This document shows, piece by piece, positions 49,390-61,600 of a stretch of 64,000 nt of DNA. The notes beneath the pieces were generated by a model. That model searched no databases. It saw nothing but the letters and a program-made list of their open reading frames with translations, and was not told the DNA's origin. The DNA comes from an uncultured virus (IMG/VR IMGVR_UViG_3300021957_000019). Lineage: Duplodnaviria; Heunggongvirae; Uroviricota; Caudoviricetes. The stretch is taken from IMG/VR virus record IMGVR_UViG_3300021957_000019. One strand, given 5' to 3'. Position numbers and translations under genes: made by a program. The stretch's first letter is position 1. Every line of letters starts with the position of its first letter.

Positions 49390-50761
49390 GTACAGATTCA
49401 ACATACAAACAGGAAATAGATACCTCAATATTCCCATTGAGATAAAAAACGACATGCTTGGTAGAGATGACTTGGTAGACAAGTATGAGGATGAGGTATT
49501 GCAGGAAGTGATAAACCCTATTGAGGATTTTGAGGTGACTAGATACTCACATAAAGACTGGATTAAAAATAACGAGATAAAGTCATCGATTGAATATGAA
49601 TTTTCATTCTATAACAGAAATACTGACATAGCTAATGAGACTTCCGTCTCTACTTCAATATATGTTAACGACTATGTTTTTACTGAAAACCCTAATTTTA
49701 GTGGAGAATGTTTTACAGATGCCGATATCTACTACAATGTAAATTCTTTTAAGAGAAGTTTCTTTAAATTAGACCTTTATGATACGTCAGATAGTGAGAC
49801 TCAAAAACTATATTTAACGATAATAATACCTACACAACAAGGAGAAACTAGAAATTCAGATACTGCCCCGATAACATCAAACCCTTTTGTGAACGGACCA
49901 ACACAACCTGATATTGCACCTGGAGGAGGTGATTCAGGTTTAAGAATTATAGTTGAAGACGATAAAAAAATAGAAACAGACTCAAACACTACGTTCGGTC
50001 CTTCATATTTAGCGACCTTCAGTAGTTGTAACTCACAAATAGTATATAGAGATTTAGATATTGATGTGTTTAATTCTATGAATTACCCAAATACTAACTA
50101 CACAGTAACTTTTGCGGGTATTTGTTATGAACTTATAAATGTAGATACCGGAACAGTAATACCTGACCCTGATTTAAATATTTACATTAGTAGTCTTAAT
50201 CAAATGGGGACTTCTGGATGTGGTTGTATAGAACCAACACCAACACCGAGTATTTCTTCATCGGGATTACCTCCAGCTCCACCACCTTGGCCGCCCGCAC
50301 CATCATCCTCTGTAACGCCTACACCTACTATATCGCCTCAAACTCAAGGGTCAGGAGGTGATATTAACAATGACCCACAAGGTATAGGTAGTTCGGAACA
50401 ATCATCACCAGTTGTAGCTCCTCCAAATGTAGGGATAAAAAAACCAAATTTTGTTTTAGACTTTATTGGGGATAAAGAGGGTTACTTTATATATTGGTTA
50501 AAGGACCCAAACTACATAAACATCGATACTTTTTATATGGGTGCAAAGTTTTTTAATGCGAAAACAGGACAATTTTCTAGGTTTTTAAATAAAAGACAAA
50601 CTTCAATATCTGATAGATTCAACTTCGATAAAAGTAAGTCTTTTTACTATAAAGTTCAGTTAGACACAGAAAAATACATTTATGAAGTGTTTGATGTTGA
50701 GACAAATCAAAGAGTAGGTACTGACTCAGAAATAAAATGGTTTGAATATATGAATCCGTGA
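49376..50761 (+). CDS. putative virion structural protein with a Pro/Ser/Thr-rich insertion
   Basis: 461 aa in the structural operon; contains 'CGCIEPTPTPSISSSGLPPAPPPWPPAPSSSVTPTPT'. Confidence 0.55.
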   Translation: MTVNKYRFNIQTGNRYLNIPIEIKNDMLGRDDLVDKYEDEVLQEVINPIEDFEVTRYSHKDWIKNNEIKSSIEYEFSFYNRNTDIANETSVSTSIYVNDYVFTENPNFSGECFTDADIYYNVNSFKRSFFKLDLYDTSDSETQKLYLTIIIPTQQGETRNSDTAPITSNPFVNGPTQPDIAPGGGDSGLRIIVEDDKKIETDSNTTFGPSYLATFSSCNSQIVYRDLDIDVFNSMNYPNTNYTVTFAGICYELINVDTGTVIPDPDLNIYISSLNQMGTSGCGCIEPTPTPSISSSGLPPAPPPWPPAPSSSVTPTPTISPQTQGSGGDINNDPQGIGSSEQSSPVVAPPNVGIKKPNFVLDFIGDKEGYFIYWLKDPNYINIDTFYMGAKFFNAKTGQFSRFLNKRQTSISDRFNFDKSKSFYYKVQLDTEKYIYEVFDVETNQRVGTDSEIKWFEYMNP

Positions 50762-51831
50762 TGAATGAAGAAAAATATTTTATAAAAGTCTCTCCTGAAT
50801 CACTTAAAAGTGATGTTTTCCAAAAAACCTATAGTGGGAATACTTTTGGTGTATATTCTGCAATGACTGCGGTTTTAAGTGGTGGTACAGGTGGAAGTAG
50901 TTTATTAACAGGACTTACCATACCCATAGTTTTTAAACAGACCTTCGATGATATGGGTTTTTATAGCGGATTTGATGGTTTTATATTACAAAAAGACGTG
51001 GTGAGTAATTTTTCAGTAAGTGGAGATACGACTAATCAATATAACATTAAAGTATATAACACATCAGATGAGTTTAAAAAGTTTTTAAAATTATCTACTT
51101 ATGAAATTGATTGGGGAGATGGAACAGTTGAACCATTTAGTGCAGTTTTTCCTGATTATATGGAACATACCTATCCGACCGTTGATGAAACTTACCAAAT
51201 AAAACTAACACAAAAAAATCCATGGGGGGTTACAAATATAAATAAAAAAGTGACATTACCTAATGTTCCTACTGAAATTAATAATGAACCTAACGAGGTT
51301 ACTTTTACACCACAGTCAGGAAATTGGGCAAATGTTTCATTTAATGCTAATTATATTTTTACAGGAGATTCTAATAATACTATTTCAGGTCAGACTAGTA
51401 ATGAGACATTTAACATATCAGGTTACACATCATCCAAACTAACTGACCTAAAACTATACGGACCAACAAAATATGACACATCTGTTGTCGTAAAAAGAAG
51501 AAATGAAAACTACGGTAGAGTCACCGAAATTACGGACTCATATACCGCATATACGATACAGGACGTAAATTACTTTGATTATCCTAACAAAAAGACTGTT
51601 TTTGTCATGGAATCTAGTGGATTAACTGATGATATGATTACGGCAGAACCAATTACTAAAGAAGAAGTATTATTTGGAGTAGTATCGTCGCCAGAAATAC
51701 AATCCCAAATATTTATTGATAGAGGTAAAATTTCTGCTTTCGAAGGAATACAGAGACTCGGAGAAGTCGATAACATAGGAGACTTAGTATCTTATGGATA
51801 CGGTTTCTTTAAAATAAAAGAACAAGAGTAA
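50761..51831 (+). CDS. putative virion protein with a PKD-like domain
   Basis: 'YEIDWGDGT......HTY......Y.I.L' is PKD-like. The ATG at 50761 overlaps the upstream TGA. Confidence 0.6.
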   Translation: MNEEKYFIKVSPESLKSDVFQKTYSGNTFGVYSAMTAVLSGGTGGSSLLTGLTIPIVFKQTFDDMGFYSGFDGFILQKDVVSNFSVSGDTTNQYNIKVYNTSDEFKKFLKLSTYEIDWGDGTVEPFSAVFPDYMEHTYPTVDETYQIKLTQKNPWGVTNINKKVTLPNVPTEINNEPNEVTFTPQSGNWANVSFNANYIFTGDSNNTISGQTSNETFNISGYTSSKLTDLKLYGPTKYDTSVVVKRRNENYGRVTEITDSYTAYTIQDVNYFDYPNKKTVFVMESSGLTDDMITAEPITKEEVLFGVVSSPEIQSQIFIDRGKISAFEGIQRLGEVDNIGDLVSYGYGFFKIKEQE

Positions 51832-51832
51832 A

Positions 51833-52741
51833 ATGGCGTTAGGAACATACGGAACAACAAGACCATCAGATATGTCTCCCGAAGATGTGGAGATAATACT
51901 GAACTACACCCCCTCAAGAGACGTTACTAACGATTTTGAGTTAAAAAAACTAAATGCGACTGAAATTTTAACGCCTTATTTTCATAATGACAGTACTGGT
52001 GGTAATGCGAATGTGGAGATATTAGGAGGTATGTATAATTTAAAATTACCTGCCGACGAGTTTAACGAGATAGGTATTTACACACTTTATATTAGACCTG
52101 TGGAGATAAGAACTACGATAACAGATTGTGGAGTTTTATCTTCATTACCTAATGTTAAGGGTATTATCGTTGATTTAAATCAGGTACCTTCACAATATAG
52201 AAATAGATTTGTTAATCAGGGACTAGTTGGTCACAGAGTAGAATACCTAAATGACGATGGTAGTAAAATAACTAATTTTTATAGAATAATAACGTCTTCT
52301 TTTTATTGTGAGCCCGTGGTCACTAACCTAACAAACTCTTCACAAAAATCTATCAGATATAGATATGTGGAAAGTGGTAGTGACTTACTTTTTTGTACAG
52401 TATCCCCCGCGAGTGCACCTTCCAACAAACCTAGTGCTACTCCATTTATTGGACAACCAAATCAAAACATTATAATTACGAATACATTTTTCAATCCGAT
52501 TAGTGTTGAGATAGAAATGGCAGAACATGATATAGATACGTTGGCTATTGCTCTTTACGGTAATCAGACCAAGTCTATTGAAGATGGTGTCTACACATTA
52601 TATGATAGTGACCTTAACATTTACAAACAATACAACTTATATGAAATTCGTGATGAGTTTAATAATCTATTATACGAGGTACGTCAAGACCGAGGTGGTA
52701 ATATAGACTTTAGTAAAAACTTTACAAACATCACAGGATAA
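51833..52741 (+). CDS. putative baseplate structural protein
   Basis: 302 aa, tightly coupled within the structural operon. Confidence 0.55.
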   Translation: MALGTYGTTRPSDMSPEDVEIILNYTPSRDVTNDFELKKLNATEILTPYFHNDSTGGNANVEILGGMYNLKLPADEFNEIGIYTLYIRPVEIRTTITDCGVLSSLPNVKGIIVDLNQVPSQYRNRFVNQGLVGHRVEYLNDDGSKITNFYRIITSSFYCEPVVTNLTNSSQKSIRYRYVESGSDLLFCTVSPASAPSNKPSATPFIGQPNQNIIITNTFFNPISVEIEMAEHDIDTLAIALYGNQTKSIEDGVYTLYDSDLNIYKQYNLYEIRDEFNNLLYEVRQDRGGNIDFSKNFTNITG

Positions 52742-55692
52742 TGGCCGACAATAAATATAGATACCCACCTGCTCCCCCTAATGCTAGGGGGACTTTTTCA
52801 GATGAACTTGTAGGTTTTCAACTGATTGATGGTGGTGGTCTTACGCAAGGAAATTTTGAGTTTACCACTAACGTTGTTGAAAAGGTTAACAGAACTTTTG
52901 ACACGGGAGTATTCTCTGCTCCGATATCCCTCAACGATTTAGATTTTAATAGTTTAGAAGAATCTAAACTTATTATGGCCAAAAATTTTAGAGTATATCC
53001 TAATTTTGATTTATCTAAAGTAACTAATTTTTCACTTTATGGTTCAATAAGGAAAAGGTTTTCATCGTCTATTACTAAGGTAATAAATTATTTTCCTGCA
53101 GCAATTCAGGTAGATAAAATTTATTACGGTTTAAATACGGGGTATACTGCGTATAACATAACTTATGACAATGTTGAAGGTCTAACAACTTTTGAATTAG
53201 ACGTTACTACATTTAAGAATACTTTTGACATTGATTATTCTGAAAATGCGGACCGTAATATTTCTGTTCGTCCTTTGGAGGTTAGTCCATTAAGAAATTT
53301 AACAAGAAATTTCTTAAAATACGCTCTATTCCTCGAAGATTTAGAAACTGAATATAAATTTGTTGATTTCGATGCTTCACCGAGGTTATCGGCGGGTACC
53401 GTAACTGTGGTAGTCGAAGGAAACCCATTTAGCGGTGAAGTAAATTCAACAAAGAGTATTTTATTAAAACCAAATAAGTTTGAAACCGAGAAGGCTTTTA
53501 AAGATGCATTTGATGAAGTTGAAGACTTCTTATTAAACCGTTTGGTATCTCCTAAATATACTGCTGAATTTGAGTTTATGAGGGAGGGGGAAGACGGTAA
53601 CTTCTATAAAACCAGGCAAAAAGTAACTTGGCCATTAGATGGTTTTTGGAATTTAGATATTCGAACAGGAAAGTTTGAATCATATATGGAGAGGTTAAAC
53701 ATCATTGCAGATGACATTGACGAGTTTAGGTCAAACTTAATCTCAAGATTTTTAACAACAGGGGCGTTTAAAGACTTCGATACTCAGGGTAAAAAAGTGG
53801 AGAAGGTATTACAGTTATATGGTAGAAGTTTTGATGAAACTAAAAAGTTCATTGACGCATTGGCTTTTATGAATTCGGTTAACTATACAGTAAAAAACGA
53901 TATACCTTCACAACTGTTAAAAAATTTAGCACAGACATTAGGGTGGGATACTAACATATCTTTAATAACTAATGATGACTTCTTACAAAGTATATTCGGG
54001 ACTAAAAATCAGTCGATATACCCTGGACAGACTAGAGATAAAACACCGACTGAATTAGACTATCAATACTACAGAAATTTAATATTAAATTCTGCATATC
54101 TATTCAAATCTAAGGGAACGAGAAGGTCAATAGAGGCATTGATGAGAATGATAGGTGCTCCTGAGGCGTTAATTGAGTTTAATGAGACCATATATTTGGC
54201 TGACGGACCAATTAATGTAGATAGGTTCAATGAAGAATATGCGACAATAACAGGTGGTACCAAAACAACTGAAACCCCTGTATTAGACCCTAACGTAACT
54301 TTTAGTTTTGAGGGTGTACAGTACACAGGATTCACCACAGAATTATCAATAACTTCTGTAGATAGTACAAGAAGTGATTATCCTGTCGACGAGTACGGTT
54401 ATCCGAAAGCTATGACACCAACGGAGGACATATTCTTTGAGAAGGGTTCGGGGTGGTATGAACAAACACCCGAACATAGGGCACCCGTTAGAATAGATAC
54501 CGATAATTCTGTTTTTACGGGACAAAACCCTGATGTACAAACCACGTTAGAACCTTTCACATACGGTGAAAAATATTTTAATAGGTTTAGACATTTCCCA
54601 TATATGGATTTGGGTTTTGGTATCACTACTATAAAGGATAATAACAAATCTTGGACCGATAACGAAACAGGATTAAGAAGAAACACTCAAGCGGGTTATA
54701 ACGCTTATTATGTTGTCGATGATGAAAGATTGGTTTTAAATAGAAAAAATATTGACTTAGGGTTAAATATGGGTCAGGGTATTATATATGACATATGGGA
54801 TATGTCAAAAAAATATGACTACCCTTTCCCATCTACAGGGTTGACTTCACCGTACCCTTATCCTGAAGGTACAGATTGGACAATTATTAATCCAAAGCCG
54901 AAAGAAAAAACTTTCTTTGAATTTGCTCAGACGTTCTATCGTAATATGATAAACGTTAGAAATAGACAAACAATAACTGACGGTAAAGGAGGGGGATACC
55001 CGACACTACAATCGGTTTATTGGAAATATATTCAGTCGGAAGAAAACGTAGGTATACCGTCAAATAAGTACACTTACCAAAAAATGATTGATTTCACAAA
55101 TGGTATTGGTGACTATTGGATGAAACTTATTGAACAGATGATTCCCGCATCTACCATTTGGATGGGGGGTCAAAAAATGGAAAATAATGTTTTACAAAGA
55201 CAAAAAGTAGTATGGAGAAGACAGAGAGGATGTGAGTTAGTACCAATTCCATGTATACCATGTACATTTACCGGTCAATTATTAGGAGCTGACTGTGTCA
55301 CCCAAACACTTAACTGTGATATCGGATTAACTAACCCACAAACAACACTTATAAATAGTATTAACACCGCGGTTGCGGGTGAAGGTTATAATGTTAGTGA
55401 TTGTACGTTAAATACGTTGACAAGTATGTGGTATGTCGATATTAGATTAAGTGGTACTTTGTTAAGAAAAGACCTTTTTTATACGGGATATGGAGGTGGG
55501 GACTATCCTTCAAGTCAACAGTGGTTATCTTCGGTCGAAAGCTCATTAAGTACTTTATCTCAAGACGGATTAGACTATAGTATAAACGGTAGTGAGATAA
55601 CTGTGTCAAATATTGGGTGTAATAACGATTTTACTAATAAAAATTTACAAATAAATGCGGGTGTCAACATAAGTATTAATTGTACAGCATGA
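52741..55692 (+). CDS. baseplate wedge / fibre-attachment protein (gp7 / tail protein I-like)
   Basis: 'LL..LAQTLGW' and 'YLFKSKGTRRSIEALMRMIG....I.E' motifs. Confidence 0.7.
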   Translation: MADNKYRYPPAPPNARGTFSDELVGFQLIDGGGLTQGNFEFTTNVVEKVNRTFDTGVFSAPISLNDLDFNSLEESKLIMAKNFRVYPNFDLSKVTNFSLYGSIRKRFSSSITKVINYFPAAIQVDKIYYGLNTGYTAYNITYDNVEGLTTFELDVTTFKNTFDIDYSENADRNISVRPLEVSPLRNLTRNFLKYALFLEDLETEYKFVDFDASPRLSAGTVTVVVEGNPFSGEVNSTKSILLKPNKFETEKAFKDAFDEVEDFLLNRLVSPKYTAEFEFMREGEDGNFYKTRQKVTWPLDGFWNLDIRTGKFESYMERLNIIADDIDEFRSNLISRFLTTGAFKDFDTQGKKVEKVLQLYGRSFDETKKFIDALAFMNSVNYTVKNDIPSQLLKNLAQTLGWDTNISLITNDDFLQSIFGTKNQSIYPGQTRDKTPTELDYQYYRNLILNSAYLFKSKGTRRSIEALMRMIGAPEALIEFNETIYLADGPINVDRFNEEYATITGGTKTTETPVLDPNVTFSFEGVQYTGFTTELSITSVDSTRSDYPVDEYGYPKAMTPTEDIFFEKGSGWYEQTPEHRAPVRIDTDNSVFTGQNPDVQTTLEPFTYGEKYFNRFRHFPYMDLGFGITTIKDNNKSWTDNETGLRRNTQAGYNAYYVVDDERLVLNRKNIDLGLNMGQGIIYDIWDMSKKYDYPFPSTGLTSPYPYPEGTDWTIINPKPKEKTFFEFAQTFYRNMINVRNRQTITDGKGGGYPTLQSVYWKYIQSEENVGIPSNKYTYQKMIDFTNGIGDYWMKLIEQMIPASTIWMGGQKMENNVLQRQKVVWRRQRGCELVPIPCIPCTFTGQLLGADCVTQTLNCDIGLTNPQTTLINSINTAVAGEGYNVSDCTLNTLTSMWYVDIRLSGTLLRKDLFYTGYGGGDYPSSQQWLSSVESSLSTLSQDGLDYSINGSEITVSNIGCNNDFTNKNLQINAGVNISINCTA

Positions 55693-58600
55693 GTTTTACT
55701 AAATATATATTACAGAGTTGTGACGGTAACCTTAAATATAGGGTCAACTTTACAGGTACAACAAATTTAAATGTTGGTGAGACATGGTCTGTGGAGTGCG
55801 GAGGTATTGAAAGTGGATGTTATTATATAGAACAAAACACGGATGAAGTTTTAGAAGAGTATAACTCAGACGAATGTACTTTTGTTGAGTTTGATGATTG
55901 TGAAGGATGTGAAGCAAGTATTGGTAATACAGTAGCGGCCGTAAACATTAATGAATATAGACAGTGTGATGACGACACTAGACCACCCTTAACTGACGGT
56001 AGTAACAATATAATAGTTATTAAGTACCCAACAGGTAGTCCTTATTCGGGTCAAGATAGTATTTTATTTGAAGATGATTATGGTAATTTTCATTGTTTTA
56101 GCTATTTTGATACATATATAAACAACCCAACAGCAGGAGTTACTGGTGTTAGTGGATTTACTGATTGTGAATCATGTATAGCTACTTGTGATACTCAAGA
56201 TATTGTAATACTTTTAGATGAATCAGGTAGTGTGACCTCATCTAATTTCACATCAATGAAAAATGGGGTTGTGGAGATTGCTAATCAGTTAGAATCTCAA
56301 ATGGACTTAGGATTAATACAGTTAAGTGCGTATAAGTGGAGTGATTGTGGAGGTGTCGACCTAATAAGTGATTTAACTACTAGTCACACAAGTTTTGTAA
56401 ATGCAGTTAACGGAGCAGGTTACGGTGGAGGAGGTACTTACGCTACAACAGCCCTCAACACGGCTTATTCACAGTTAGAGGGTTCGAATGCAAACCCAAA
56501 TTCAAATAAAACAATTATATTAATTACTGACGGAGGTTTAGCCGATTATAACAATACAGGTTGTAGTGGTATAAGTGCCACACAAATGGCCTCACAAATG
56601 AAATTAGGTTTTTATGGGACATTAGACTCTATTAAAATTATCGCCGTAAATATAAGCTCAGGTAGTCCAGGTCAGTTAATTAACATTGCTTCGGGTTCAG
56701 AAAATTATTTCTCAGCTGCCACATTTAATGATTGGGAAACTACAGTGGCTCAAGAAGTGGCAGATGTTGGATGTGATGAAAATCCATTTTACGGAGAGTC
56801 ATTTGATTTTTATAAGGCAGAACATTGTTGTGACTTTAATGGTGATAATTTCTTACCTGATGTATATGTGGCAATACCTGATTCATATACATATAGTTCA
56901 GATGACGGATTCTATTTAGACGAAAATTGCTACAGTTTATTTAATCCACCTAATAATTTGTATAGTGGAGGAACAACGGCAGTAATTGAGGTTGGTGATA
57001 TCATAAGTAATGTATGTGCGAGTTGTAATTGTAATAATTATAAAGTTGGTATATTTAGGTCTTGCTGTTTTTACTCAAATGGCACTCCGACAACTGAAAT
57101 ACCTGATATATATTTAGGTATTGATTTAAGCGATGGATGGATTCCTGGACCTAATGACAATGCTATAGAATACAGCGGAAATTGTTATACACTTATTGGA
57201 TATTCTACCACAGAATCCCCAATAGATTTTGTAAGTACCTTTGAATCTTCATGTGACAAAATAAGACCATACTGTCCTCAATGTCCTGACCCAAGCCCTA
57301 CTCCGACAGTTACGTCTTCATTAACACCGACAGTAACACCGACTGTCACAATTACACCCACTAACACACAAACACCAACACCTACGGTTAGTACAACTCC
57401 GACACCAACACCAACCACATCCGCATCACTATTTACAGCCCAAAAATTCTCGGCGTGTACACCGTCAGAATCAACAGATATTGTCCCGTATTTGCATGGA
57501 ATAACCGCATACACTTATAGTAGTGTTGAATATACAGTTCCACTAGTTATTAATAATGTTTGTGATTTAAGCCCTATGATGAACTCATCATTTGAAATTA
57601 CAAAAAATGATATATATGTAGCGGCTTATTACCATTTTAATAGTTCAAGCTGTGACGCTCCGTTTATTGATATAAATGGAGATGGGTGTATCACGACTGC
57701 GGATATAACATACTATATTGCTAATGGTTATGTAGGAAATACCGACGTTGTTTATACGCTTTCGAGTGAGAGTTCATGTCAGTTACCTAATGTAGTTTAT
57801 GGTACAGGATTAACAGCTACGTGTACTGGAATTGTTGCAGATACTGGATGTACTTGGAATTTAGAAATTGCGGATAGAACACAACATTGTATGACCTATT
57901 TGGGTGAAGTTGAAACCACGGAACCAATCTATGTTGAGAGTCTTATTACAGAATATTCAGATTGTAATACGTGTTTAGGTTTCTGTAATCCACAAGATAT
58001 AGTTGTCTTGATGGACCAATCAGGAAGTGTTGGTTCCGCGAATTGGCAAGATATGCAAGACGGAGTTATTGCGATTGCTAACGATTTAGAAGATAGAATG
58101 AATCTTGGTGAAGTGAGAATGGCTGCGATAAGGTGGTCTAACTGTGGTAGTACGACAGAAGTAATTGGTCTTACAAATAACCACACAGACTTTACTAACG
58201 CAGTTGACACAGCACCATTTAACGGAGGAGGAACATACGCGTCACAAGCTTTATCAGACGCTTATGATTTATTAGATGTCGATAATTTAAATGCGGAAAA
58301 AAGTATAATATTAATTACTGATGGAGGAATCTCAGATTTTACTAATCAGTTATGTGGATTACCGTCAACCTCACAACTAGCCAATCAGATGAAAGCAGGG
58401 ACCTACGACAGTGGAGTCTCAATAAAAATATATACTGTAAACATAACTAATGGTAATAACTTACAGTTAAATTCACTTTCTTCAGGACCTAATTTTCAAT
58501 TCAGTGCTACCGATTTTGATGATTTTGTAAATAATGTGTCAGGTCAGATTGCCGATAACTCTTGTGAGGAAAATCCATTTACTGGTAGTTCATATAATTG

Positions 58601-61600
58601 GTATGAGTCTACACCTTGTTGTACTACATTTGGATTACCCGATATAGTTGTCGCGTTAGAAACGGGGACAACACCAACGTTAACTACAGATGGGTTTGTT
58701 TACAATGGAAATTGTTATACATTTAACAGTTTAACAGGAGACACGTTTAGCGGTTCTTCGGTATATACCGTACTACCTACAGATATAATTACTAATGCGT
58801 GTAGCGACTCAATATGTAGTTGTTCTAATTTAGAAAAAATATTCTTACGAAATTGTTGTGACGTAACAGATAAAATACAAGTACTTTATTCTGGAGGTAC
58901 ACCTACTGAAGGTCAGGGATTAGGATACGACGATAAATGTTACACATATAAAGGTGATACCAGCGGAGTTGATGTAGGAATAACTACTGATACACTCATA
59001 GATGACATTTGTTTATCAGGTTTTTGTGACTGTACAGTTTCGGGATGTGGACTACAAGATATAGTAGTACTTGTTGACCAATCAGGAAGTATTGTTAGTG
59101 ATTTTGATGACATTAAAACAGGTGTTGTAAATATTGCAAACTCTTTGGAGGGTAATATGGATAGTGGTGAGGTTAAGATTGGTATTATTAAGTGGTCTAG
59201 TTGCGGTAATGTTGATGAGGTGATAGACTTAACAGATAATCATACTAATTTTGTTAATGCCGCTAATAATATGTCACCTGACGGTGGGGGAACACAAGTA
59301 AGTAATGCGTTAGAACAGGCGTATAATATGTTAAACGGTGGTAATTCTACTTTAGGTGCTGAAAAAAACATTTTATTAATTACTGATGGACAAATTTCTG
59401 ACGTTACTGTTCCGTGTTCATTAGCTTCATTAAGTGCTTCACAACTAACATCACAAATGACGTTAGGTTTATTTAGTAATGGTGTTCAGGTTAAAATACA
59501 AACTATAGGTGTTGGTAGTGGTATTAATGTAGGTCAACTTGAGACATTAGCCTCTTCTCCTGATTTAGCATATACCGCAGATTTTGACACATTTGCCTCC
59601 GATATATCAAATCAGATTGCGTTAACTTCTTGTGATGAAAATCCTGTTGGAGATAATCCTGATTTAGTTTATTGGAATGCTTCGGGTTGTTGTGAAAATT
59701 TAAATCTACCTGATATAGTGGTTTCAGTTTCTGCGGACACTACAGTATTAGATAGTTATTCATTTGTGTTTAACTCGGTTTGTTATACATTCACATCTTT
59801 AGCGGGTGACTCTGAAAGTGGGAGTACTGTAGACTTTATTTACGAAACTAATATATACACAGATGGATGTGCAAATCCAAGATGTGGGGATTGTAATACT
59901 GATTATAAATTATATGAGTTAGAAAATTGTTGTGATGAGACAGACACTATAGTTATTGTTTACTCAGGAGGTACAACGACATTGGGTTATGGTTTAGAGT
60001 ACGACGAAAAGTGTTATAACTACAAAGGAAATGTAGGTACAGGTACTCCAGTATTAAATACAGATACACTATTACCAAATATTTGTATCAACGGTCCAAC
60101 ATCAGGATTTTGTCAGACATGTGGGACGCCAACACCAACACCAACTAATTCAGTTACACCTACTATAACACCAAGTAATACAGTTACACCTACTATAACA
60201 CCAACAAACACTCCTACGCCTACACCAACATTAAGTACTGTCGCTTGTAATTCAGGTACCTCAGATTTTATTGGTGGTTGGTTAAAAGAGTCGTGGGATG
60301 GGACGGCAACTAATGAATATTTCCAAACAAGGTTAATACAAGTACTTCCACCAGATTTACCTGACCCAGGTAACCTAAATGCTCCCATTAACTTTGATAA
60401 AATCATAATTGATAGGTATAGTCAAGGGAATGTCGACCAAGAAACTGAATTAATTGCTTTAGATGGTGGTAATTCAGGTATAATCACTTTAGATTATTTT
60501 GACGGTTCACTTATTTATTATCCTATTTTGGGTATAACGTATAATACACTACAAGAACAACTTGAAGTAGATTTAGGACCACTAATAAACACACAATTAA
60601 CCTCATACGTGAATGGGGTTTCATACGGGATATGTATTAGAAGTAGTACTACAAGTAACACTCCAACCCCAACTATAACACCAACAGTAACACCTACAAT
60701 AACAGTATCACCGTCTATTACACCGTCTATTACTACAACACCGGCACAAACTCTAACACCTACACCTTCAGTAACACCTTCAGAAGTTACAACTGAGGTA
60801 TGGGAAGCAGCTGCATGTTGTGATAGGTCAGATACATTATTGGTTGAAGTGCCAGTACCAGAAACTAAAGTATTTGTTTTCTATGACGGAACTTCATTAG
60901 ATGAGGCAAGTGCGACACAAGCTTCTGATAGTATAAGAGAATGGTACGATGAGAAGGTTTCAGACGGTGACCTATCAGGGGGCAATTTATATGAAGGTGT
61001 TGTAGGTGCAGTTTCAAATAACGGAGAAAATTGGTTATGGTGGTCTTCATACCCATATTTGGGTTCAATGACAGGAGGTACATTGTCAACGAGCGAACAG
61101 ATAAATGAGTTTGGTTCGGACTCTTCTGATGTGGTGGAGTTTTCAATAGCTGATAGTGGTTGGTGTCAAAATAGTTCTGGAGAATGTAGACCTAAATCTA
61201 CTGAGTTTAATGATAGTAACACTACCTATAGAAGAATTAACAGAGGACAAAATATTGCCACAGGTATAAATGATACCCGTACTAACGGAGTACCATTTGA
61301 CCATAATACGGAATTAAATAATACCGCAAATTCAGGTCCTGGTACTTTTAATGGTGGTATAAGTGACTATATTGTAATTTTAGTTGCAGATGAGGCGGAC
61401 GGGGCAGTAGGTCTATATCATCCTAGAATACAAAAATCTAATTTAACTGTAGATGGTTTTAGTTTATATTCTTCAGTTAGTGAACCACAATATTGGGAGC
61501 CGTCAGCAGGAAATCAACCATCGACCAGATTCGAGGCAGACTATGAGGCTTACCTAAAAGTATGGAGAGATATACAATTAATTGGAGGTAGAGTTAATGG

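Noticed and set aside
56190..59645. Repeated VWA units as a diversity-generating retroelement TR/VR pair
   Set aside because: The copies are diverged at all bases rather than only at adenines, and there is no reverse transcriptase in the window.
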